Source: a virus. Taken from it: 41,404 bases of DNA. Made by a program: the position numbers and the translations under genes. The notes under the pieces were generated by a model. The model was given only the letters and a program-made list of their open reading frames with translations. It did no database searches and had not been told where the DNA came from. Positions 34,294 to 41,404 of this stretch are shown here, in pieces. Numbering within the stretch: the stretch's first letter is position 1; each line of letters opens with the position of its first letter. The stretch lies in UHGV virus genome UHGV-1357019; one strand, given 5' to 3'.

Positions 34294-35448
34294 TTAAAAA
34301 TCGACAAATTTATTGAATTTATCCGCTAATTTTTCTTTGGCCAATTTAGAAACATGGGCATACGTATTCATAGTTGTTTGTATATCCTCATGACCTAGTC
34401 TGAACTGTACTTCTTTTAGTGAGGCGCCCATTTCAATTAGAAGGCTTGCTTGAGTGTGCCTAAAACCGTGCACAGTTATTCTAGGGAGCTGCTTCTTTTC
34501 TTTCTTATCCATTTTATCCTGTACGTCCAATAGCCACTTACGCGACGTGTCAAGGCTCATAATGTCATGTGGATATTTTGCAGTCGCATTTCCAAATATT
34601 AACCAGTCTTCAGATGGAGGAGCTGCTTCAATTTTCCATTCTGAAAGTTTATCCAAGGTTCCTTGATCTATCGAAATGATACGACTAGAGCCAACAGTTT
34701 TAGTTGTGTCTAACTCCAAGCCATTCGCAGTTCTTGTTACTGCTTTATGGATGTTTACTGTTTTTTCTTCAAAATCAACATCTTTCCATTCCAACGCGCC
34801 AGCCTCTTGTTTTCTCATTCCAGTCATAGCAAGCAAACGAAAAAACGCTTGAACTTTGATATTAGGATGAGTGTACAATACTTCAAGAAACAATTTTAAT
34901 TGATCTTTATCGTAAAAATGTTCTTCAGTTGTTTTTCTTTTTTTAGTTTTGGGTTTCCGAATTGATTCTGTTGGATTAGAAGAAATCATTCCGAATCGAA
35001 TTGCATATTTGAATACTAGACCAGTGTAATTAATCATTTTGTTAGCTGTGGAATATTTAGCAGCCCATTTATCCATTAACTCTTGAATTTTAAGAGGAGT
35101 GATCTCAGAAATAAAAGTACTGCCAAGCTCGTCTAAAATGTGATTTTTGAAGATACGTTTTGTTTTCAAAAGAGTAGAGCCGCGCACCGTTTTTTCGTAC
35201 TCAACCATCCACATGTCATATACTTCTTGATAAGTTTTAGGTTTCTCTTTTTTAAAAAGATCACTTTCATAATCACTTTGTAGTCTAGCTAATGCCAGTT
35301 TAGCTTCACGCTGTGTCTTAAAGTTTCTACGAGTAGTTTTAACAGGTTTTCCAGTTGACGGATTGATACCAAGATAGGCTTGGAATTTCCAGCGTTTTTC
35401 GCCGTTCTTCATTTTGTACTGACTAAAGGTTGCCATTATTGAATCCAC
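34294..35448 (-). CDS. int: tyrosine integrase
   Basis: C-terminal catalytic motifs HGFRHTQASLL...LGHEDIQTTMNTYAHV (R..HxxR..Y) and a SAM-like N-terminal domain. Confidence 0.85.
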   Translation of the reverse strand: MDSIMATFSQYKMKNGEKRWKFQAYLGINPSTGKPVKTTRRNFKTQREAKLALARLQSDYESDLFKKEKPKTYQEVYDMWMVEYEKTVRGSTLLKTKRIFKNHILDELGSTFISEITPLKIQELMDKWAAKYSTANKMINYTGLVFKYAIRFGMISSNPTESIRKPKTKKRKTTEEHFYDKDQLKLFLEVLYTHPNIKVQAFFRLLAMTGMRKQEAGALEWKDVDFEEKTVNIHKAVTRTANGLELDTTKTVGSSRIISIDQGTLDKLSEWKIEAAPPSEDWLIFGNATAKYPHDIMSLDTSRKWLLDVQDKMDKKEKKQLPRITVHGFRHTQASLLIEMGASLKEVQFRLGHEDIQTTMNTYAHVSKLAKEKLADKFNKFVDF

Positions 35449-35548
35449 TCGCTTTCTTGTGATACAATAGACACAGTAAAATAAGCCTACTGATTAGGTT
35501 TTATTGCTTAACGCGATCAAACTCTTGTCGGGGTGGGATCGTGTTTTT

Positions 35549-36304
35549 TTATTTTACTCGTACTTGTTGACCTGTGTCAAAATAGAAATTACTTCTATCC
35601 ATACCATTAAGGGCTAAAAACTCATCAACACTTAAACCATAGCGTCCTGCTATTTGTTGCGGATCATCACCGGGTTGAACCGTTCCGTATTGAGCATTTG
35701 CTTCTGGATCAGATTCACTAGATGGTTCTGATTGCTGTACTTGTGGTGCTGAACTTTCCGGCACGGATTGTTCAACAGAACTTTCGGTTGCTTGACCATG
35801 TACATTGGGAACTTGCACATCAGGCACTGAAACATTTGACCCAGCAGAAGCTAAATAAGCATCCATTATTTTTTGTGCTTCTTGAGTGTAGACATCAATC
35901 AGTTTTCCAGCCCATTCTTCATACACAGAATAATCGGATTCGCCAGCCAATTGTAGTTTTGCCATTTTTGTAGTTCCTTCATTAGAGATTTCGGCAAGTT
36001 TTTCGACTTTCTTATTCGATAGTTCTGCCAAAGCATTAATATCACCATTAAGCGCTGGATATTCATTGTTGTATTCATCTACTAATTTCGGTGATGCTTC
36101 TTGCAGCTTCTTCGTATAATCATCAAGTATCGATTGATACGAGTCATATTTCTTTGTTTCTGATTTAGCCGTAATTTTCTTAGTATTCGGTTTTGTTGAA
36201 GTAGATGTTTTTTCTGTAGTATCAGTTGCACTTTTTTCATTTGGACTAGAACATGCGCCTAATGAAAAGCTCAATACCAACATACATAACACTAATTTTT
36301 TCAT
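35549..36304 (-). CDS. LysM-domain lipoprotein
   Basis: Signal peptide with lipobox LSFSLGAC; C-terminal LysM (YGTVQPGDDPQQIAGRYGLSVDEFLALNG...QQVRV); sits between int and cI. Confidence 0.65.
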   Translation of the reverse strand: MKKLVLCMLVLSFSLGACSSPNEKSATDTTEKTSTSTKPNTKKITAKSETKKYDSYQSILDDYTKKLQEASPKLVDEYNNEYPALNGDINALAELSNKKVEKLAEISNEGTTKMAKLQLAGESDYSVYEEWAGKLIDVYTQEAQKIMDAYLASAGSNVSVPDVQVPNVHGQATESSVEQSVPESSAPQVQQSEPSSESDPEANAQYGTVQPGDDPQQIAGRYGLSVDEFLALNGMDRSNFYFDTGQQVRVK

Positions 36305-36456
36305 CTTTAGTCCTCATTTCTATGTTAAAATTAATTTAGTCGATCTTAGAAATAGGGTCTTTAGTCCGTGTGCCAGCACGGGCTTATTTATTTCCCTAAT
36401 GTATTTGCTAACTAACTCACCCTAGCCGAAGCTGCAACTTCGACTGGGGTATTTTT

Positions 36457-37173
36457 TTAAAACACGACTTTCCCAATTATTCTAATCTGTTCCGGTGAGA
36501 CGACTCTATCTTCATATAATTCGTTTATAGAGCGTAGAATAATCGATTGATTTTCATAATCTTTAAATACTTCCTTACACGTCACGCCATCACCATCTAT
36601 TTCAACGATAGCAATCTCACCGTCTTCCACGTCTGGTTGTTCCTTAACAAATACAAATTGTCCATTTCTGATTACTGGCTCCATTGAATCTCCTATAATA
36701 GGAACGGCAAAATCAGCACTACTTGGAACCCTTTCAAATTCTTCTTCCTCTACAACTGTATCGCCATAAACTAATTCAGTCGGGTTGGCGGCAGAAGCTG
36801 AATTTTTGATTGTCGGAAGTTTTTCCTTTTTAGGAAAGTGCACCACGTTTTCTCGATTTTGCTCTTCGAGTTGACGTTCAGCAAAGTTATACACTTTTTC
36901 TTGGCGAGGTGGGGCGAGTTGGTTGTAGATGGTGGTGATTCCTTCTTTTGCCGCTGGAAAAAAATCGTCTACAGCAACGCCGAATATATCCGACAAAGCA
37001 AAAAGTATATCTTGATTGGCTTTTCTTTCGCCAATCTCGTAACGACTTATTGACTGACGTGTCGTTCCTAATTTTTCTGCTAAATCATCTTGTGTCATAT
37101 TCCGTCTTTCACGGAATTTTTTTATTTGTTCACCTACATATTTGGCTAAGTCCATTTTTTTCACCTCTTTCAA
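36457..37173 (-). CDS. cI-like repressor (HTH_XRE plus S24 LexA-type peptidase domain)
   Basis: N-terminal HTH (MTQDDLAEKLGTTRQSISRYEIG); C-terminal S24 domain with catalytic Ser (IIGDSM) and Lys (LRSINE..K). Confidence 0.8.
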   Translation of the reverse strand: MKEVKKMDLAKYVGEQIKKFRERRNMTQDDLAEKLGTTRQSISRYEIGERKANQDILFALSDIFGVAVDDFFPAAKEGITTIYNQLAPPRQEKVYNFAERQLEEQNRENVVHFPKKEKLPTIKNSASAANPTELVYGDTVVEEEEFERVPSSADFAVPIIGDSMEPVIRNGQFVFVKEQPDVEDGEIAIVEIDGDGVTCKEVFKDYENQSIILRSINELYEDRVVSPEQIRIIGKVVF

Positions 37174-37206
37174 TGAAATAAGTATAACATTAAAAGCACC
37201 AAAATG

Positions 37207-37330
37207 GAACTATTTTCTTCTATTTTATAGAACGATGTTAAGCTCAACGGAATAAAAATATTTTTTTTAGAAAATATACTTGCGCTGTCACCATATTGGT
37301 GCTAAGATTGTCTTGTAACCAAATTGGTGC
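37207..37330. promoter_or_regulatory. cI/cro divergent promoter region with three operator palindromes (CACCAnaTTGGTG)
   Basis: gCACCAAAATGG 37207-37218; gtCACCATATTGGTGc 37287-37302 overlapping -35 TTGCGC / -10 TAAGAT; aACCAAATTGGTGc 37317-37330. Confidence 0.5.
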
Positions 37331-37350
37331 GGAAAGTTGAGGTGATTTAA

Positions 37351-37581
37351 ATGCAAATAGTTTTATGGAACTTGAGAAGAAACGAAAAAAGAATGACTCA
37401 ACAAGAATTAGCGGACTATTTAGGCATTGCAGTGCAGACATATCGTGAAAAAGAAAAGGGTAATGCAGAATTCACTCAAGACGAGATGTTTATGATTGCA
37501 AAACTCTTCCAAAAACGATTAGATGATATTTTTTTGCCACGCAAGCACCGAAATGGTGACAAAAAGGAGGCTAAACAATGA
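37351..37581 (+). CDS. Cro-like HTH regulator
   Basis: XRE-type HTH (MTQQELADYLGIAVQTYREKEKG); divergent from cI. Confidence 0.65.
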   Translation: MQIVLWNLRRNEKRMTQQELADYLGIAVQTYREKEKGNAEFTQDEMFMIAKLFQKRLDDIFLPRKHRNGDKKEAKQ

Positions 37582-38339
37582 ACACACCACAAATTTTTAA
37601 TTTCGAACATAACGAAGTTCGAACGTTTCTGGAAAATGACGTCCCATATTTTGTAGCAAATGACGTTGCCAAAACTCTGGGATATAAAAATCCAAGCAAA
37701 GCTACTAACGATCATTGCAAAAAAGCGATTGAAACATGGGGTAACGATTCGTTAGGTCGTCGTCAAAAATTCAAGATTATTCCTGAATCGGATGTTTATC
37801 GTCTAATTATCAAGTCTAACCTACCGAGTGCAGAAAAATTCGAAGCTTGGGTAATGGAAGAAGTCCTACCTCAAATCCGAAAGCACGGCATGTACGCAAC
37901 AGATGAACTACTAAACAATCCTGATTTACTTATTGAGGTGGCAACCAAACTCAAAGAAGAAAAGACACTGCGCCTGATAGCAGAACAACGAGTAAATGAA
38001 TTACAGCCGAAGGCGGATTATTACGACCGAATCTTAAACAACAAAGGATTGGTAACCGTTAGTACAATCGCCAAAAACTACGGTATGAGCGCTGTATCGT
38101 TTAATAAATTACTACATGAGTTGGGGATTCAATTCAATCAAAGTGGCACATGGCTGCTATACAGCAAGTTCCAAGACAAAGGGTACACGCATATCGAACC
38201 ATTCGATTATGAAGACAAAAACGGCAATCCACAAGTTAAAACACGCATGAAATGGACGCAAAAAGGACATATCTTCTTATATGAAACATTGAAGAAGAAT
38301 AATTACTTGCCGATGATTGAGCGTGAACAAACAGCGTAG
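37578..38339 (+). CDS. antirepressor (Bro-N / KilA-type)
   Basis: N-terminal Bro-N-like FNFEHNEVRTFLENDVPYFVANDVAKTLGYKNPSKA; C-terminal antirepressor-type domain. Confidence 0.7.
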   Translation: MNTPQIFNFEHNEVRTFLENDVPYFVANDVAKTLGYKNPSKATNDHCKKAIETWGNDSLGRRQKFKIIPESDVYRLIIKSNLPSAEKFEAWVMEEVLPQIRKHGMYATDELLNNPDLLIEVATKLKEEKTLRLIAEQRVNELQPKADYYDRILNNKGLVTVSTIAKNYGMSAVSFNKLLHELGIQFNQSGTWLLYSKFQDKGYTHIEPFDYEDKNGNPQVKTRMKWTQKGHIFLYETLKKNNYLPMIEREQTA

Positions 38340-38350
38340 GAGGTATAAAG

Positions 38351-38614
38351 ATGAATTGGTCGGACATCAAAAAGCTGATTAATGATTATCTTGAATTAAA
38401 ACTCACTTCTCTTTTATCAGGATTTATTCCTAAAAGATATCTGAATCAAAAACAAGCGGTCATTTATACAGGAACTTCACCAAAAACCATTAATCAATGG
38501 GTAAATGAGGGGCTGAGAATTATTCTTTTTTCTGAAAATAGTAATCCGAAATATGACATTAAGGATTTAGATAGTTGGATGGAAAAACACAAAACAAAGG
38601 AGGAATACAAATGA
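38351..38614 (+). CDS. small HTH DNA-binding protein (possible excisionase/regulator)
   Basis: HTH-like LNQKQAVIYTGTSPKTINQWVNEGL. Confidence 0.35.
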   Translation: MNWSDIKKLINDYLELKLTSLLSGFIPKRYLNQKQAVIYTGTSPKTINQWVNEGLRIILFSENSNPKYDIKDLDSWMEKHKTKEEYK

Positions 38615-38793
38615 AAATTTCCGAAGAAAAGCTTAAACAGTTCGCGCAGTTATTAGACGGATTAAACGCAATGCAGTTTGATTTGCTAGTACAACAAGCA
38701 AGAAGCTTCTATTCAGGTCATCAACATAAGGTGCAACTTACGAAAGATGATCTAAATAAAATAGAAGCTAATTGCCAGAAAAACCCTAAGTAA
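38611..38793 (+). CDS. hypothetical small protein
   Basis: ATG 38611 after AAAGGAGGA, within track ORF 38575..38793. Confidence 0.35.
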   Translation: MKISEEKLKQFAQLLDGLNAMQFDLLVQQARSFYSGHQHKVQLTKDDLNKIEANCQKNPK

Positions 38794-39025
38794 AGACTAT
38801 TTGAATATGACAAGGAGCAACGCGATAATCTGTTCCTTTGTAGTGAATCATTACGTAAGGAAATTGATAAAGGGTATCGGGAGATTCCCTATGGATAGGT
38901 GCCCATAATTCGGCATTTTCTTCCCACCAAGTGTTAGGAGATACCATGTTTGGTCCCATCAAACAGTCATCATCATCGTTTAGACAGACCCAATTTCCAA
39001 TCAGATTTGCATATATTTTGGTCAT
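38786..39025 (-). CDS. hypothetical protein (reverse-oriented, about 79 aa)
   Basis: Minus-strand ORF; internal ATG 39025 has GAGGTGAAAATT upstream; DDDDC-containing sequence. Confidence 0.4.
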   Translation of the reverse strand: MTKIYANLIGNWVCLNDDDDCLMGPNMVSPNTWWEENAELWAPIHRESPDTLYQFPYVMIHYKGTDYRVAPCHIQIVFT

Positions 39026-39078
39026 AATTTTCACCTCACTTTCTATAGTGAGTATATCAAATTGAAGGAGGTTAAAAA

Positions 39079-39996
39079 TTGAATGAAGTAAAAAAATTGT
39101 TCGACTATTCAATAGTGGATGATCAAACTGCCAATTTTCTCAAGGCGAAAGAGCAGGAAATGAGAACGATCGTTTTGAACGGAGCAGTTCAACTTGGAGA
39201 CAAACTGATTGAAGCTCAGGAAAAGCTCGCAAAGTATAAAAACGGAACATTTGAAAAATGGTTCACGTCATTAGGATTGAAAAAAACTACTGCGTATAAC
39301 TATATAAATCAAGCACGATTCGTTCATCAAATGAACGAATCGGAACAGATTGATATGTTCCAAGAATTGCCAATGACTTTAAGAACTGAAATATCAAAGC
39401 CGTCTGCTGAACCGGAAGCGGTCGAGTTAGTTCTATCTGGCGATATAAAAACCACAAAGGAATATCGAGAATTAGAAAAGCAGCTAAAAAAGAAAGATGA
39501 ACAAATCGATAACCTTTCAGAAGTGATCAATGACATGAGTGTTCAACAACCAAGAGTCATCGAAAAGGAAGTAGTTGTTGAAAAAATTCCGGATGATTAC
39601 GAAAATTTGAAACAATCCTATTCACAATTAGAAGAACGAAGTTCGCAACTAGAATCAAACTATAGAGATTTGTTAGCCGAACGAAAAGAAGTGGATGAGA
39701 AATCGTCTAAGTATGAACAACTATCAAAGGCAATCAACCAAGCTGAAGGCAAACTAAACGAAACTCAGCAACTTATTTCTAACTACAAGAATCTATCAGA
39801 TGTATTAGAAAAATCGAATGAGTTCTTGTCAGAGGCAAGCATCTTAATCTATCAGGATTTGTCAGAGGTGATCAGGCGAGATGGACTTGCAAAAAGAGAA
39901 CTAGACTTTCTAACCGAAAGGCTGGAGAAATTTTTATCTGACTTAAAATCAATTAGCAAAAACAACATATTGGAAGGAGAGATTATCAATGAGTAA
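39079..39996 (+). CDS. coiled-coil early protein (DUF3102-like)
   Basis: TTG start after GAAGGAGGT; long charged coiled-coil; position at the start of the early operon. Confidence 0.4.
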   Translation: MNEVKKLFDYSIVDDQTANFLKAKEQEMRTIVLNGAVQLGDKLIEAQEKLAKYKNGTFEKWFTSLGLKKTTAYNYINQARFVHQMNESEQIDMFQELPMTLRTEISKPSAEPEAVELVLSGDIKTTKEYRELEKQLKKKDEQIDNLSEVINDMSVQQPRVIEKEVVVEKIPDDYENLKQSYSQLEERSSQLESNYRDLLAERKEVDEKSSKYEQLSKAINQAEGKLNETQQLISNYKNLSDVLEKSNEFLSEASILIYQDLSEVIRRDGLAKRELDFLTERLEKFLSDLKSISKNNILEGEIINE

Positions 39997-40462
39997 TCAG
40001 CTATTAGAACTAGAGAAAACCCTAGAAAATCAATTAGTTTTGGTGAAAGAAATGCGCCTAATCAAGAGCGACGTTTCCAAGATGAAAGAGGAAATCACGA
40101 AGGATGTTCAAGAATTGCGAGATAGTATCACATTGAACCGTCACGAAGGAGCAGAAATTCAGTCAGCAGTTGGGAAGAAAGCATGGGATTTAGCAAAAGA
40201 ATACTTCGATCATAAAGTGTCAGATGATTTGTTTTTGGCTAAAGTTGGGCACTTCCGCGGAATCATCTACAAGCGATTAAAAGAAACTTTTAATGTACCG
40301 AGATACTATGATATTCGCCGCATTGATTTTACTAGGGCAAAACAAGTTATAGAAATCGTGTCATTAAGCAACTTAAAAGACTACCAATTGCGATTAACAG
40401 CACGGCAAAAAGAAATAGCTTACTTGAATGCTGATAATGTTGATGGATTAGAGATTGTTTAA
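39989..40462 (+). CDS. hypothetical early protein
   Basis: ORF track, overlapping start. Confidence 0.4.
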   Translation: MSNQLLELEKTLENQLVLVKEMRLIKSDVSKMKEEITKDVQELRDSITLNRHEGAEIQSAVGKKAWDLAKEYFDHKVSDDLFLAKVGHFRGIIYKRLKETFNVPRYYDIRRIDFTRAKQVIEIVSLSNLKDYQLRLTARQKEIAYLNADNVDGLEIV

Positions 40463-40476
40463 GTGGAGAGGAGAAA

Positions 40477-40629
40477 ATGAAACAAATCAACCTAGCTACA
40501 ACAATCATGTGCATGTTAGCTATCCCAGTTTTTTCAAAATTTAGTATGCTGGCAGCTTATGGATACATCGGAATCTTTCTCCTAGCGATCGGATGGGAAA
40601 AGAAAAAGCCAGCCGATGGGGCTGACTAG
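40477..40629 (+). CDS. small membrane protein (50 aa, 2 TM)
   Basis: ATG 40477 after GTGGAGAGGAGAAA; hydrophobic segments TTIMCMLAIPVF and YGYIGIFLLAIGW; read manually. Confidence 0.4.
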   Translation: MKQINLATTIMCMLAIPVFSKFSMLAAYGYIGIFLLAIGWEKKKPADGAD

Positions 40630-41321
40630 TTAGAAAGATTCATTAAATGTATTATTCCTGAAAGTATATTTTTCAGCCAAATAAAAAGTTGATAGGCGGT
40701 TTCGGAATGTTCAACAAATTCACAAACAAAATAAAAGGCAAATATAAAGGTTTTTATCTTTTTTTTAAGAATTTGACGGGTTTGTATATCAGACTGATCT
40801 TTATCGAGTTTATTGTTTCGGGTGTCATTTTCAAAATTACTAATCTTTTCAGCAATCGATACAATCATGAGTTTCAGTTCATCGAGTTTATCAGTCTGAT
40901 CATTAGCTTGTTTCTTTTGAATAGAAAGATCAGATTGTATTTTTTCATAAAAGTCTGCCAATTTATCATTTGGATCAGTAAGTTCTTTACTAGCGATAGT
41001 AGATAAGTCTTTTTCAACTTCTTGAGAAAGCACACTAATACGGAAATCGTATTTTGAGAGGTCAATAATATTTGGTTTGTAGGCTTTAGTAATGCCCGAA
41101 AAATCCCATTTTGGGACACTAGCAGCAATTTGATTTGCAATATTTGAACTAGGCAAATTTAGTCCCTTTTGAATTGCTAAAACAGAAGATGGAACCATTT
41201 TAGCGAGTGCTCTATTTCTTTCTTCGACAACTTTCATAAAAGGGTTATCCAACAGATAGTTAGAATTCAGAATTGAGTTTTGTTCCATATAACTTCTAAT
41301 AGTTTCAGAAACGGGATTCAT
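40626..41321 (-). CDS. reverse-oriented AT-rich protein with a C-terminal TM helix (candidate exclusion/Abi-like moron)
   Basis: Minus-strand 231-aa ORF in a locally very AT-rich stretch; C-terminal hydrophobic IKTFIFAFYFVCEFV; start context weak and close to the window edge. Confidence 0.4.
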   Translation of the reverse strand: MNPVSETIRSYMEQNSILNSNYLLDNPFMKVVEERNRALAKMVPSSVLAIQKGLNLPSSNIANQIAASVPKWDFSGITKAYKPNIIDLSKYDFRISVLSQEVEKDLSTIASKELTDPNDKLADFYEKIQSDLSIQKKQANDQTDKLDELKLMIVSIAEKISNFENDTRNNKLDKDQSDIQTRQILKKKIKTFIFAFYFVCEFVEHSETAYQLFIWLKNILSGIIHLMNLSN

Positions 41322-41404
41322 TTCATTAACTATAGCTAGGGTAGGGCTGATAGTCTTCCTAATAATTTCAGAAGTTGCAATTAGTTCTTTGGAATAAGGA
41401 GGTT

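Noticed and set aside
35449-35560. Hairpin CGCGATC...GATCGTG plus T7 run read as a + strand terminator
   Set aside because: The 18-nt loop is too long for an efficient intrinsic terminator, and nothing is transcribed into it on the + strand. It is more likely part of the int promoter/regulatory region on the minus strand.
39036-39062. T7-promoter-like sequence ATATACTCACTATAGAAAGTGAGG in the divergent region between the minus gene ending at 39025 and the + gene at 39079
   Set aside because: No phage RNA polymerase is encoded. The match lacks one base of the T7 consensus and is most simply a chance resemblance inside an ordinary sigma-70 divergent promoter region.

Overview
This window appears to be a complete or near-complete temperate siphovirus genome of about 41 kb from a low-GC Gram-positive (Firmicutes/Lactobacillales-like) host. 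Nearly everything is on the + strand and the modules are in the classic order. Host range and family names below are inferred from motifs I recognise; no database search was possible.

Module layout:
- 1-11 kb: early recombination/replication genes. These are a Rad52/Sak-like annealing protein, an HNH protein, a DnaD-like replisome organizer carrying iteron-like repeats, RusA, SSB, three YopX paralogs, a C5 DNA methyltransferase and many small ORFs.
- 11.4-11.9 kb: an ArpU-like late regulator.
- 11.9-12.5 kb: a GC-richer, ORF-free interval of about 650 bp. It is full of inverted repeats and tRNA-like T-arm motifs, and I flag it as a candidate large structured ncRNA.
- 13-22 kb: terminase small subunit, terminase large subunit, portal, MuF-like protein, scaffold and major capsid protein, then head-tail connectors.
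- 21.6-32 kb: the tail module. It contains the major tail protein, chaperones, tape measure protein, Dit, and a Tal protein with two peptidoglycan-hydrolase domains. After these come a CHAP protein, a BppU-like protein, and modular fibre genes with collagen-like repeats.
- 32-34 kb: lysis genes. These are XkdX, an XhlA-like protein, holin, and an endolysin with a Cys-His peptidoglycan-hydrolase domain.
- 34.1-34.3 kb: an attP-like region with arm-type direct repeats.
- 34.3-38.8 kb: the lysogeny module, on the minus strand for its first three genes. It contains a tyrosine integrase, a LysM lipoprotein, a cI-like S24 repressor and operators. The remaining genes are cro and an antirepressor.
- 38.8-41.4 kb: more early genes and a reverse-oriented AT-rich moron gene.

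No host flanks are visible and attP is internal, so the window is probably a circularly permuted phage genome rather than an integrated prophage.

Main findings:
- The candidate structured ncRNA.
- A likely -1 programmed frameshift that adds an Ig-like domain to the capsid protein.
- N-terminal Prp/L27-type cleavage motifs on both scaffold and capsid, with no phage prohead protease.
- A frame-disrupted C5-methyltransferase.
- A recombination-cassette architecture in the fibre genes.
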